DNA of 64,000 nt from Opitutaceae bacterium (lineage in GTDB: Bacteria > Verrucomicrobiota > Verrucomicrobiia > Opitutales > Opitutaceae), in contig PLXR01000042.1 of NCBI GenBank assembly GCA_003151495.1, positions 84,523 to 148,522 of the forward strand. Direction: 5' to 3'. Numbering within the stretch: position 1 is the stretch's first letter; the number at the start of each line of letters is the position of its first letter. The notes under the pieces are model-generated. The model ran no database searches, was not told the origin of the DNA, and saw nothing but the letters and a program-made list of their open reading frames with translations. Shown here one piece after another: positions 55,441-64,000 of this stretch. The translations under genes and the position numbers were made by a program.

Positions 55441-57248
55441 GCGGGTCCCACGCGGCCCCGGTGCACCACGAGAGGCCCCGCTACCAGTGGTGGGCCTACA
55501 TGGGCATCGGCCTTGCGGCCGTGACGCTCGGGCTCTGGGGCTACTGGGGCCCCGAGAACTCCCAGGCGGCGGGGGAGGTATCGCGCCTGGCCGTCGCCAG
55601 CACCGTGGCCTACGACACGCTCCTCCTCTTCGTCCTCCACCCCGCCCACGTCGAGGGAGCCCACGGGTGGAGGATCGAGGGTGCGAAGTGGCTCGCGGCG
55701 ATCCTCTCCCTCTGGACCGTGACCGGGGCGCTCAGGCGGGTGTACGCGATGGAGCTCAGGCATTTCCGGCTGGGCTTCAGCAGGGACCACGTCGTCGTCT
55801 GCGGGGCGGGCTGGCGCGGGCTCCCGCTCGCGGTCGACTTCGCGCGGGCCGCCGGCCCGGGCTCTCCCAGACGGGCGGAGAAGGTGATCGTCATCGAGAA
55901 GGACCCGGCCTCGCACGGGATCGCCGTGTGCGAGAAGCTCGGGATACCCTACCTGGTCGCTGACGCCACGGACCCGGGCGTCCTCAGGAGCGCCGGGGTC
56001 CACAAGGCGCGCATCCTCGTGGCGGCCTGCGCGGGCGACGGGACCAACCTCGAGGTCGCGATCCGCGCGGGGGAGCTCGCGCGGGACAGCCGCCCGCAAG
56101 GCTCGCCCCTAAGGTGCTACCTGCACATCTCCAGCCTGGACCTGAGGACGGCGGTGCGCCGCCGCAGCTTCGTCTCGACCCACGAGAAGAGGATCGAGAT
56201 CTCGACGTTCGGCTTCGACGTCTACGAGAACAGTGCGCGGCTCCTCTTCGCGGAGCACCCGCTCGACTGGAAGCCGATCGGCGCCGACAGCCCGCTCCAG
56301 GTGAACCTGCTCATCATCGGCCTCGGCGACATGGGCGAGAACGTCCTGATCCAGGCGGCCCGGATCGGGCACTTCGCGAACGGGCGGAGGGTCCGGGTCA
56401 CGATCGTCGACCGAGCGGCCTCGGCCCGGGCGGCCGACCTGAAGGAGCGCTACCCGCAGCTCGACCAGGTCTGCGACCTCGACTTCCGAAGCCTCGAGGC
56501 GAGGGATCCCGCGGTGTCCGCGCTGGCGTCCCGGATCATGTCCGACCCCGGCAGCCTCCTGACGTGCGCCATCTGCCTTCCCGACGGCGCCCTCAACATG
56601 GCGCTCGGGCTCAAGCTGATCGACGAGAGGGCGTTCCACTCGACGCGAAGCCCGATCCGGGTCCGGGTGCCGACCCGCTCGGGCCTGACCCTCCTCCTCT
56701 CCGAGGAGAGGCAGGAGGAATTGTTCGGGGACCAGATCCGGCCCTTCGGGATGCGGGAGGATGTCTGCAACCGGCACACGCTCGAGCAGCCCCAGATGGA
56801 GGCCATCGCCCGCGCATTCCACGAGGACTACGTGCGGCGGGAGTCCCTGAAGGCGGGGGCAAAGGGCGGGAACTCCTCCATGGTCTCGTGGGAGGAGCTC
56901 CCGGACGACCTCAAGCGCTCGAACTACCACGCCGCGGACCACGCGGAGGTAAAGATACGGGCGCTCGGCTACCGCATCGCGGAGTCCCCCCGGGGGGTGG
57001 AGCCGGTCACCGCGTTCACGGACGGGGAGATCGAGATCCTCTCCCGCATGGAGCATTTCCGGTTCTGCGCGGAGCGCCTCCTCGGCGGCTGGCGCTACGA
57101 CGCGAACGGCAAGGACGCGGTCAACAAGACGAACCCGACGCTCGTGCCGTGGGACGGCCTCAACGAGGCCGAGCGCGACAAGGACCGCGAGCAGGCGCGC
57201 GAGATCCCGCAGATCTTCTCGAGCGCGGGGCGCGTGGTCTGCCGGTAG
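55437..57248 (+). CDS. Membrane protein: 3 N-terminal TM helices + two TrkA_N-type Rossmann domains + C-terminal RyR (ryanodine-receptor repeat) domain
   Basis: The GTG at 55437 overlaps the upstream TGA (GTGA). TM helices are WWAYMGIGLAAVTLGLWGYW, LAVASTVAYDTLLLFVL and WLAAILSLWTVTGAL. Rossmann motifs are VVVCGAGWRGLPLA and LLIIGLGDMGENVL. The RyR-type blocks are IARAFHEDYV...WEELPDDLKRSNYHAADHAEVKIRALGY and HFRFCAERLLGGWRYD...NPTLVPWDGLNEAERDKDREQAREIPQI. Confidence 0.8.
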   Translation: MSGSHAAPVHHERPRYQWWAYMGIGLAAVTLGLWGYWGPENSQAAGEVSRLAVASTVAYDTLLLFVLHPAHVEGAHGWRIEGAKWLAAILSLWTVTGALRRVYAMELRHFRLGFSRDHVVVCGAGWRGLPLAVDFARAAGPGSPRRAEKVIVIEKDPASHGIAVCEKLGIPYLVADATDPGVLRSAGVHKARILVAACAGDGTNLEVAIRAGELARDSRPQGSPLRCYLHISSLDLRTAVRRRSFVSTHEKRIEISTFGFDVYENSARLLFAEHPLDWKPIGADSPLQVNLLIIGLGDMGENVLIQAARIGHFANGRRVRVTIVDRAASARAADLKERYPQLDQVCDLDFRSLEARDPAVSALASRIMSDPGSLLTCAICLPDGALNMALGLKLIDERAFHSTRSPIRVRVPTRSGLTLLLSEERQEELFGDQIRPFGMREDVCNRHTLEQPQMEAIARAFHEDYVRRESLKAGAKGGNSSMVSWEELPDDLKRSNYHAADHAEVKIRALGYRIAESPRGVEPVTAFTDGEIEILSRMEHFRFCAERLLGGWRYDANGKDAVNKTNPTLVPWDGLNEAERDKDREQAREIPQIFSSAGRVVCR

Positions 57249-57269
57249 GGCCGGCGGGCGGGAACCCCC

Positions 57270-58226
57270 CTATGGGGCGGGCGCCGGCGAGGAGGGCGCC
57301 GGCCCTCCGTCGACCGTCGAGGCCTCCATGATCTCCACGCGGGTGCCGTCGGGATCGAAGCAGTTGACCTGCCGCTTCCGGTTGACGCCCGCCTTCACCG
57401 CAGTGGTCGCCTTGCAGCCCGCGGGAAGCGCGCGTCCCCGGAGGGTCGCCTCGGCCGCGCGGACGTCCGGCACCTCGAGGCAGAGGTGGTTTAGGACGTG
57501 CAGGCTCTCGACCGACGGCGGGGCGCGGGTCAGCATGAGCTCGATGTAGTCCTCTCCCTCGGGGAGCCTCTCGTTGACCCAGCTGAGCATGATCCCGTCG
57601 CTGCTTCCCCTCCAGAATTCCCGGAGGCCGAGGACGTCGCGGTAGAACCCGAGCGACCGCCCGAGGTTGGCGACGGTGACGCCCGCATGGCTGATCCGCG
57701 CGGCGATGCGGGAGGCGGGGACGTTCCTCCCGCTGTTCCCCACGGTCCATCCGTCCGGCTCATACTGGACGAACTCCACGATGTGGCCGTCCGGGTCCTC
57801 CGAGAAGAAGTTCAGGTTCCCGATCCTTCCCTTTTTCACCCGGCCGGGCAGGGGCCCTCCCCCGGGGCTCCTGACTCCCCTCGCGGCCAGGTAGCCAAGC
57901 ATCGCCTGGGCGTCGTCGGTCTCCAGGGCGACGTGGTAGAGGCTGTCCCCGTTTGCCGGGGGCTTGCCCGCCAGCGGGAACAGCTCGACCGTCTGTCGGT
58001 CGTTCACCTTTATCCAGGCGATGCCGACCGAGCCGTCCTTGTTGGTCAGCGAGTACGGCTCGTCGAAACCGAGGTAGCCCCTGTAGAACTCCCGCGACCT
58101 CGCGAGGTCCTTCACCCACAGGCCCAGGTGCGATAGCCCGGTTATCCTCGGGCGCGGCGGGGCCGGCTCGGCCGCCGAGAGGACGGCCCAAGCGGGTGCG
58201 AGAAGGAGGAACGCCCTGGCCTTCAT
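57270..58226 (-). CDS. VOC (glyoxalase/bleomycin resistance/dioxygenase) family protein, multi-domain, secreted
   Basis: Signal MKARAFLLLAPAWAVLSA. Repeated VOC starts ITGLSHLGLWVKDLARSREFY and ISHAGVTVANLGRSLGFY. Confidence 0.82.
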   Translation of the reverse strand: MKARAFLLLAPAWAVLSAAEPAPPRPRITGLSHLGLWVKDLARSREFYRGYLGFDEPYSLTNKDGSVGIAWIKVNDRQTVELFPLAGKPPANGDSLYHVALETDDAQAMLGYLAARGVRSPGGGPLPGRVKKGRIGNLNFFSEDPDGHIVEFVQYEPDGWTVGNSGRNVPASRIAARISHAGVTVANLGRSLGFYRDVLGLREFWRGSSDGIMLSWVNERLPEGEDYIELMLTRAPPSVESLHVLNHLCLEVPDVRAAEATLRGRALPAGCKATTAVKAGVNRKRQVNCFDPDGTRVEIMEASTVDGGPAPSSPAPAP

Positions 58227-58245
58227 GTCCTCCCGGGCGAGGCCG

Positions 58246-59346
58246 TCATCCCACCTTGACCCATGCGTTCTCCCGCGCGCCCCGGTACATGGCCTCCATC
58301 GCGACGACCCGCGCCGCGGCCTCCCCCGGTGTGACCAGCGGCTGGTCCGCCGACCCCGCCAGCGCGGCAAGGAACTGGTTCATCGGCGCCTTGGGCTCGG
58401 CAGGGAGCTTCAGGTAGGGCTCGGAGCTCTTCGCCCCGGCCCTGGCGCTGTTGTAATAGAGATGGTCGTTGATGATCACCGCGTGGCCCTCGGTGCCGCT
58501 TATGAGGAGCTTGACCGGGTCCTCGATGTCCACCCAGCCGGCCGCAAGGGTGCCGATGACGCCGTTCCCGAACTTGATCAGCGCCTCGCCGGTCTCGTCG
58601 CAGTCGCCGTAGTTCCCCGTGACGGGCCTTATCACGGCCGTGGCCGACTCGGGGGCTCCCATGATCCACATGAGGATGTCGAGCTTGTGGGTGCCCAGGT
58701 CCCCGAATGCGCCGACCCCGGAGATCCTCGGGTCGGCCATCCAGCGCCATTCGGTGTCAAACCACCGGCCGAGCGAGCCGTTGTGGCAGTTCGAGCCGCG
58801 GACCCGCGTGATCTTCCCGAAGTTTCCCCTGGCGACCTGCTCCCTGAGGAAGATGTGCTTCGCGTCGGTCCGCATGAAGTAGCCGGTCGTGAAGATGAGG
58901 CGGGCCCCCTCGATTGCCGCCGCCATCTCGAGGCTCTCCCTGCCCGTGATGCCGAGCGGCTTCTCGACGAACATGTGCTTCCCCGCCTTGGCGGCGGCGA
59001 GGACGAGGTCGTGGTGGCGGTTGGTCTCGGAGCAGATGACCACGCCCGAGATCTCGGGATCGGACAAGATGTCGCCCGGTCCCGCGACGACCCGGGCGCC
59101 GAGCTCGGCGGCCCACTTGCCGGCGCGGGCTGCGTCGTGGTCCCAGACCGACTTCACGGCCACGTCCGCCCGGCCCTTCAGGATCTTCACGTAGCCCGGG
59201 GTGTGGATGTGCGCCGCGCCCACGAGCCCGAGCGTCAGCCTCGCCCCGGGCTCCGCCCGGGCTACGGAGGGGAGCGCCGTGGCGAGGACCGCCACTCCGG
59301 CGGTGGTGATGAATTCGCGGCGCGTGAGGTTCGGTTCAGTGGGCAT
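58246..59346 (-). CDS. Gfo/Idh/MocA family oxidoreductase with twin-arginine (TAT) signal
   Basis: MPTEPNLTRREFITTAGVAVLATALPSVARA is a TAT signal. Rossmann LTLGLVGAAHIH.... Confidence 0.88.
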   Translation of the reverse strand: MPTEPNLTRREFITTAGVAVLATALPSVARAEPGARLTLGLVGAAHIHTPGYVKILKGRADVAVKSVWDHDAARAGKWAAELGARVVAGPGDILSDPEISGVVICSETNRHHDLVLAAAKAGKHMFVEKPLGITGRESLEMAAAIEGARLIFTTGYFMRTDAKHIFLREQVARGNFGKITRVRGSNCHNGSLGRWFDTEWRWMADPRISGVGAFGDLGTHKLDILMWIMGAPESATAVIRPVTGNYGDCDETGEALIKFGNGVIGTLAAGWVDIEDPVKLLISGTEGHAVIINDHLYYNSARAGAKSSEPYLKLPAEPKAPMNQFLAALAGSADQPLVTPGEAAARVVAMEAMYRGARENAWVKVG

Positions 59347-59443
59347 GGGATTCTTGGGGGTTGGGCGCAGGGCCTGGCGAGAAGGCGCGAAGTGTGGGAC
59401 CGGGCGGGGTCGCGGGCAATCCTATGCACCGCGCCAGGGGCCG

Positions 59444-60973
59444 TCAGTTGATCCCCATCGATTCGCAGCACTTCGTGAAATTGTAGCCATAGATCGACAG
59501 AGTGATGGCCAGCTGGAGCTGGGTCGGCCGGTGGAAGAGGGTCCAGGCGACCAGGCGCCAGTACTGGAAGCGCTCGCGGCCCATGACGCCCAGCTTCACG
59601 CCGGACAGGGACAGCGCGAGGACGTGGCGCCAGCTCAGGGGCGCCGTCACCTTCGGCCGCTTGTACTCGCGCAGCAACGTGCGGATGCGCTGATAGTAGA
59701 GCTTTGGGGAGTAAATGCGCCTGAGGATGTCCCGGTATCCGTCCATCAGGAGCTGCGGCGCCATCCTCGGGAGAAAGTTCATCGTGCCATCGACGTTGTT
59801 GCCGCTCGAGTCCCCGATTAGCCTGCCCTCGCCCTTCAGCCGGGCGTGGAGCTTCGTGTCGGGAAGGGCGTTCAGGAGCCCGACCATCGCGGTCACGATT
59901 CCGCTCTTCTGGATGAAGTCGACCTGCCGCTGGAAGATGCTCGGCTCGTCGCTGTCGAAACCGACGATGAACCCGCCCTGCACCTGCAGGCCCGCCCGCT
60001 GCATCCGCTTCACGTCTGCCACGAGGTCGCGCCCCTGGTTCTGCCGCTTGTTGCACTCGGCAAGGGCGGCCGCGTCAGGCGTCTCGATCCCGACAAACAC
60101 TGTGTCGAAACCCGCCTCGGCCATGAGCCGCATGAGCGCCTCGTCATCGGCCAGGTTGATCGACGCCTCGGTGTAAAAGGGGACGCCGCAGCGGCGCGAG
60201 CGCTGCCACTCCACGAGGGCGGGCAGCAGCTCGGTGATGAGCGTGCGCTTGTTGCCTATAAGGTTGTCGTCGACGAAGAACACGGGGCCGCGCCAGCCGC
60301 ACCCGACGAGGCTGTCGAGCTCGGCGATGATCTGGCCCGCGCTCTTGGTGCGCGGGCGGTGGCCGAACTTCGCCGTGACATCGCAGAACTCGCACTCGAA
60401 CGGGCAGCCGCGGGAGTACTGGACGCTCATCGAGGCGTAGCGGCCCAGTCGCGCAAGCCCCCAGCAGGGGACGGGGGTGGTGTGCATGTCGGCGTATCCG
60501 CTCGTCCTGTAGACGCGCTTCGCGCATCCCGCCTTCAGGTCGCTGAGGAACTGGGGCAGCGTGATCTCGGCCTCGTTAAGGACGAAGTGGTTCACTCCGG
60601 GGAACTGCTCGTGCTCGCTCGTGAAGAGCGGCCCACCGGCGACGATGGTCTTCCCCGCGGCCCGGCTTCGGTCGATCACGCCCTGCGCCGACCCGCGCTG
60701 GGCGATCATGGCGCTCACGAGGACCAGGTCGGCCCACTTGAGATCGGAGTCCTTGAGCGACTCGACGTTCATGTCCACGAGCCTCGGGTTCCACTCCCTC
60801 GGGAGCATCGGGGCGATCGTCAGGAGTCCGAGCGGGGGAAGGGAGGCGCGCTTCCAGACGAATTTCAAGGCATGCTTGAAGCCCCAGAAGGTCTCAGGGA
60901 ACTCGGGATAGACCAGCAGCACGTTCACGAGGCTTTTGATTCTATTGCCGGCCGTGGCCGAAGGGAAGCCCAT
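59444..60973 (-). CDS. B12-binding radical SAM protein (DUF4070-type C-terminus)
   Basis: N-terminal cobalamin-binding-like domain (VLLVYPEF...PPLGLLTIAPML...DLVLVSAM) and radical SAM cluster motif CPFECEFCD (CxxxCxxC). ATG at 60971-60973. The upstream 218 codons of the ORF are rejected as shadow. Confidence 0.88.
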   Translation of the reverse strand: MGFPSATAGNRIKSLVNVLLVYPEFPETFWGFKHALKFVWKRASLPPLGLLTIAPMLPREWNPRLVDMNVESLKDSDLKWADLVLVSAMIAQRGSAQGVIDRSRAAGKTIVAGGPLFTSEHEQFPGVNHFVLNEAEITLPQFLSDLKAGCAKRVYRTSGYADMHTTPVPCWGLARLGRYASMSVQYSRGCPFECEFCDVTAKFGHRPRTKSAGQIIAELDSLVGCGWRGPVFFVDDNLIGNKRTLITELLPALVEWQRSRRCGVPFYTEASINLADDEALMRLMAEAGFDTVFVGIETPDAAALAECNKRQNQGRDLVADVKRMQRAGLQVQGGFIVGFDSDEPSIFQRQVDFIQKSGIVTAMVGLLNALPDTKLHARLKGEGRLIGDSSGNNVDGTMNFLPRMAPQLLMDGYRDILRRIYSPKLYYQRIRTLLREYKRPKVTAPLSWRHVLALSLSGVKLGVMGRERFQYWRLVAWTLFHRPTQLQLAITLSIYGYNFTKCCESMGIN

Positions 60974-61054
60974 TAGGGGCGCGCCCGGGAATGGCCGCGG
61001 ATGGGGCTTTATCTGGGCGGCGGGCTCTGCACATGATGGCGCATCGAACGGCCC

Positions 61055-62884
61055 ATGCCCGCACCCCCCACCGAAAGCCGATCGGCGCCCCCTGCTGGAA
61101 CGCGGGGCCACCCGCCCACCAGCGCGAGGCTCCGGTCGTTGGTCGTGCTGCTTATCCTCTGCGCGACCGCGTGGACCTTCGGGCATGTCGTCGGGTTCGA
61201 GGCGCTGCCGCTCGTGGACGACGACACGAACATATTCTTCAACCCCCACATGTCGACGCCGGGCGGTCCCGCCCTCGGATGGATGTTCACGAACCTGGAC
61301 TATGTGCACCGCTACATGCCGCTCGGCTGGCTCGGGTTCTCGGTGGTCTACTCCCTCTCCGGCCTCGATCCCGCCGGCTACCATGTCGCCAACCTCGCGC
61401 TCCACGGGGCCGACGCCTGGCTCCTCTTCCTGCTTGTGGCCCGGATCCTCCGCCGGTTCCTGCCCGGGGAGGCGGAGGGGGACCGCCTCCTTGCCGCGGG
61501 CGCGGCCGCGCTCCTCTGGGCCCTGCACCCGCTCAGGGCGGAGTCGGTGGCGACCTGCTCGGGCCTTTTGTATTCCCAGGCCCTGTTCTTCGCGCTCGCG
61601 GCCGTCCATGCGCGGCTCTCGGAGCACGAGGCGCGGGGTCGCGGCGCGTCCGGCGCCGGGTGGCTCGCCCTCGGCTTCGCCTTCTACGCCGCCTCTGTGC
61701 TGACCTATCCGGTCGCTCTCTTCCTTCCGCCCGCGCTCCTCGTCCTGGATCTCGCCTGGGTGGGCGGCGTCAGGAAGGGCGTCCTTGTCGGGTTTGTCGG
61801 GTGGGGGCTCGTCGCCGCGGGCTCGGTGGCCCTGAACATCGTGGCCCGCTTCACGGTTACATCATACCTTCTGCCCGGTACCCTGAGGCAATTCGGGGTG
61901 CTCCAGCGTGCCCTGCAGGCCTCGTATGTCTACGCCGTGTATGTCCTCAAGTCCTTCTGGCCGCCGGCGATCCCGAGGATGCCCGACACCATCCTCTTCG
62001 ACCTGGACCCGCGTGCGCTGTCGTGGTGGCTATGGGCCGCCGCGGTTGCCGCGATCTCCCTCGGCGCATGGGCCCTCAGGAGGCGGGCGCCCTTCGTCGG
62101 CCTCGGGTGGGCCGCGTACCTCCTCATCCTCGTGCCCAACCTCGGGCTCATGGAGAACCCGCACACGGTCGCCAACCGCTACACCTACCTGCCGGCCTGC
62201 GTCCTTGCGGTCGTCCTGGCGTTTGCGCTTCTGCGGATCCGGCCCGCGCTCAGGCCCTTGGCCTGGGCGGCGTGCCTCGCGATCGGCGGCGCGCTCTCGC
62301 TCCAGGCGGCGCGGGAGGCGGCGGTCTGGGAGAGCACGCACGCCTACCTGGTGTCGGTCCGGGACGGGACGAGGCTGGATGCGGTCCGCGAGATCACGAT
62401 ATCGCGGCTTGCGCTCCTTCAGTTCCTGCGTGGCGACGTCCGCGGCGGGCGCTCTGGCGCCTGGGAGGAGCTGCAGCGGGCACCCGCGACCGAGGGCGTC
62501 ATCCTTGTCTGGAAGGAGATGGCCCCGGCGAGTCCGCTCCCCCCCGAAATCGCCGGGCGCACGCTCCAGGAGTGGCCCGCCGCCCCGTGGGCCGTTGTGG
62601 AGCTCGACCTGGCGCAGAGGCAGGTGAGGGAGGGGAGGATCGACGATGCGCTCGCTCACCTCGACCAGGCCCTCGCGCTCAGCCCGGACTACGCGGACGC
62701 GCGGTTCAACCGGGCTGTCGTCCTAGCCGAGACTGGGCGGATGGGCGCCGTCCACGACTGGCTCGTCTTCCGCGGGAGCCCCGGGGCGGGGGACCGGGGA
62801 CGGGAGGCATTCCTGGCGTCGAAGATAAGGGCGCTCTATGAGGCGCGGGGGCTTCATCCCCCGCGAGCCCTCGCGGGGGCCTAG
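61055..62884 (+). CDS. TMTC-like polytopic membrane protein with short C-terminal TPR region (paralogue type of 47175-49193)
   Basis: DDDTNIFFNPH..., YHVANLALHGADAWLLFLLV and a polytopic profile. The C-terminal ALAHLDQALALSPDYADARFNRAVVLAETG is TPR-like. Confidence 0.82.
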   Translation: MPAPPTESRSAPPAGTRGHPPTSARLRSLVVLLILCATAWTFGHVVGFEALPLVDDDTNIFFNPHMSTPGGPALGWMFTNLDYVHRYMPLGWLGFSVVYSLSGLDPAGYHVANLALHGADAWLLFLLVARILRRFLPGEAEGDRLLAAGAAALLWALHPLRAESVATCSGLLYSQALFFALAAVHARLSEHEARGRGASGAGWLALGFAFYAASVLTYPVALFLPPALLVLDLAWVGGVRKGVLVGFVGWGLVAAGSVALNIVARFTVTSYLLPGTLRQFGVLQRALQASYVYAVYVLKSFWPPAIPRMPDTILFDLDPRALSWWLWAAAVAAISLGAWALRRRAPFVGLGWAAYLLILVPNLGLMENPHTVANRYTYLPACVLAVVLAFALLRIRPALRPLAWAACLAIGGALSLQAAREAAVWESTHAYLVSVRDGTRLDAVREITISRLALLQFLRGDVRGGRSGAWEELQRAPATEGVILVWKEMAPASPLPPEIAGRTLQEWPAAPWAVVELDLAQRQVREGRIDDALAHLDQALALSPDYADARFNRAVVLAETGRMGAVHDWLVFRGSPGAGDRGREAFLASKIRALYEARGLHPPRALAGA

Positions 62885-62902
62885 CGAGGGGTGTCGGGAC
62901 TT

Positions 62903-64000
62903 CTACACGTACTGCCGATAGGTGGGTTGGAACATGCGCTTTCGGATGTCCGCCCTGATGTTCCTGGGGCGCCGAACCCGGGCGACTTTGGAATCGTGCG
63001 CGACACGCGCCACCGCGGTCGCGACCTCGAGCGACACCTCGCGGATCGTGCCCAGGGGTGGGTAGACCCGGCCCTCGGCAAGGTCCTCGGGCCGCACAAG
63101 GGAGGCGAGCGTCGTCGCGGCCGCCAGGAACATGGCGTCGGTGACCTCGGAGGCCTCGGTGACGAGCGCGCCCAGGCCCACCCCGGGGAAGATGTACACG
63201 TTGTTCCCCTGGCCGGGCACGAGGCGCCGGCCCCCGAGATCCACGGGAGGGAAGGCGCTTCCGCTGGCGAAGATGGCGCGCCCCCCGGACCAGGCGTAGG
63301 CCTGCTCGGCGGTGCACTCCGACTTGGAGGTGGGGTTGGAGAGGGCGAAGATGACAGGCCTCTCGTTCTGCGCGGACATCGCCTCGACGACCTCGCGCGT
63401 GAACGCGGACGCCACAGCCGACACGCCTATGAGCGCGGTGGGTTTCAGCTGCCTCACCGCATCGGCCAGGGAGGCGACCGGCTCATGCTCGTGGGCGTAG
63501 GGAAGCTTGTGCGCCGCGAGCGCGCCGCCACGGCCGCGGGTCACAAGGCCCTTCGAGTCGACGAACCAGCATTTCTTGCGCGCATCCGCCTCGCTTAGGC
63601 CTTGCGCCTTTGCCGCGGCGACGAAGAGACCCGCGATTCCGGTCCCGGCCTCCCCGGCCCCGAGGAAGAGGAGGCGCTGGTCCCCGAGCGATCCCCCCGT
63701 GATGCGGAGCGCCGCGATGAGCCCGGCAAGGGCGACCGACGCCGTTCCCTGGATGTCGTCGTTGAAGCTGGGGAGCCTCGTGCGGTAGCGCTCCAGGAGC
63801 CCGAACGCCGTGGTGTTCCCGAAGTCCTCCCACTGGAGGAGCGCCTTCGGGAAGACCTCCTTGACGGCGCATACGAATTCCTCGACGAAGGCGTCGTATT
63901 CCGGCCCGCGGAGGCGGGGCTCCTGGACCCCGATATAGGAGGGGTCGGAGTGGAGCGCCTGGGTGTCGGTCCCGACATCGAGCGTGATCGGGAGCGTATA
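62903..64000 (-). CDS. NAD(P)-dependent malic enzyme (N-terminus beyond window end)
   Basis: The frame is open to base 64000 and reads ...LPITLDVGTD...FNDDIQGTASVALAG...FLGAGEAGTGIA...FALSNPTSKSECTAEQA... Confidence 0.92.
   Translation of the reverse strand, partial: YTLPITLDVGTDTQALHSDPSYIGVQEPRLRGPEYDAFVEEFVCAVKEVFPKALLQWEDFGNTTAFGLLERYRTRLPSFNDDIQGTASVALAGLIAALRITGGSLGDQRLLFLGAGEAGTGIAGLFVAAAKAQGLSEADARKKCWFVDSKGLVTRGRGGALAAHKLPYAHEHEPVASLADAVRQLKPTALIGVSAVASAFTREVVEAMSAQNERPVIFALSNPTSKSECTAEQAYAWSGGRAIFASGSAFPPVDLGGRRLVPGQGNNVYIFPGVGLGALVTEASEVTDAMFLAAATTLASLVRPEDLAEGRVYPPLGTIREVSLEVATAVARVAHDSKVARVRRPRNIRADIRKRMFQPTYRQYV

Noticed and set aside
55500-55720. Considered calling the N-terminal membrane region of the TrkA_N-RyR protein a K+ channel pore.
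   Set aside because: Only a loose resemblance exists (STVAYDT versus the canonical TVGYGD selectivity filter). The Gly residues essential for the filter are absent. I therefore leave it as TM helices of unknown function, and channel activity remains purely hypothetical.
60974-61627. N-terminal 218-codon extension of the radical SAM ORF. The same applies to the 9260-10885 and 1938-3431 ORF extensions.
   Set aside because: The extensions have shadow-like composition. Here the extension also overlaps the divergent TMTC-like gene. Internal ATGs give proper N-termini.
1-64000. Scanned for rRNA, tRNA, CRISPR arrays and insertion sequences.
   Set aside because: I found no cloverleaf-compatible or rRNA-like segments, no short regularly spaced repeats and no transposase-like ORFs. 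The intergenic regions are short, apart from 1654-1937, 21158-21497, 26810-27044 and 31490-31848, none of which shows such structure.

Overview
High-GC bacterial chromosomal segment. By inference from gene content only, it looks like a PVC/Verrucomicrobiota (Opitutales-like) genome: ADOP-type orphan permease, ECF sigma plus Ser/Thr kinase pair, DUF1573, TMTC-like TPR membrane proteins, and TonB-dependent receptors embedded in glycoside-hydrolase clusters. I support about 48 protein-coding genes. I saw no rRNA, tRNA, CRISPR array, transposase or integrase. Many very long ORFs in the six-frame track are antisense or frame-shadow artefacts of the high GC content, and I rejected them.

Gene content, in order:
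- 1-3.0 kb: a partial glycosidase, a Fic/XRE two-gene module and a GH26 enzyme.
- 3.4-8.3 kb: permeases and transporters, including a SemiSWEET.
- 8.3-18.9 kb: a long minus-strand catabolic cluster. It holds a HIBADH-like dehydrogenase, a TIM-barrel isomerase, GH127, a desaturase-Rieske-NqrF-like fusion, an MFS sugar porter, a Gfo/Idh/MocA oxidoreductase and a substrate-binding protein.
- 20.3-31.5 kb: an AraC-controlled oxidative cluster with a TonB-dependent receptor, Fe-ADH, ALDH, P450, FdhD and a YdeP-like Mo-enzyme.
- 31.5-33.9 kb: a lower-GC DUF900 hydrolase and a lytic transglycosylase.
- 34.1-36.9 kb: an ECF sigma factor and a Ser/Thr kinase.
- 37.0-47.1 kb: an arabinan utilisation locus.
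- 47.2-52.6 kb: a TMTC-like gene, a lipoprotein gene and two tandemly duplicated TonB_C-domain genes.
- 54.8-57.2 kb: a SLOG-like gene translationally coupled to a membrane TrkA_N-RyR gene.
- 57.3-64.0 kb: VOC, TAT-exported oxidoreductase, B12 radical-SAM, a second TMTC-like gene and a partial malic enzyme.

Best candidates for something undescribed:
1. The SLOG/LOG-like plus 3TM-2xTrkA_N-RyR pair (54811-57248), a possible nucleotide-sensing membrane or conflict module.
2. The 1.46-kb tandem duplication with an exactly length-matched but unrelated 185-bp internal cassette (49651-52572).
3. The self-sufficient membrane desaturase-Rieske-NqrF-like reductase fusion (12211-14505).

All family assignments come from motif recognition by eye. 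No database search was run.
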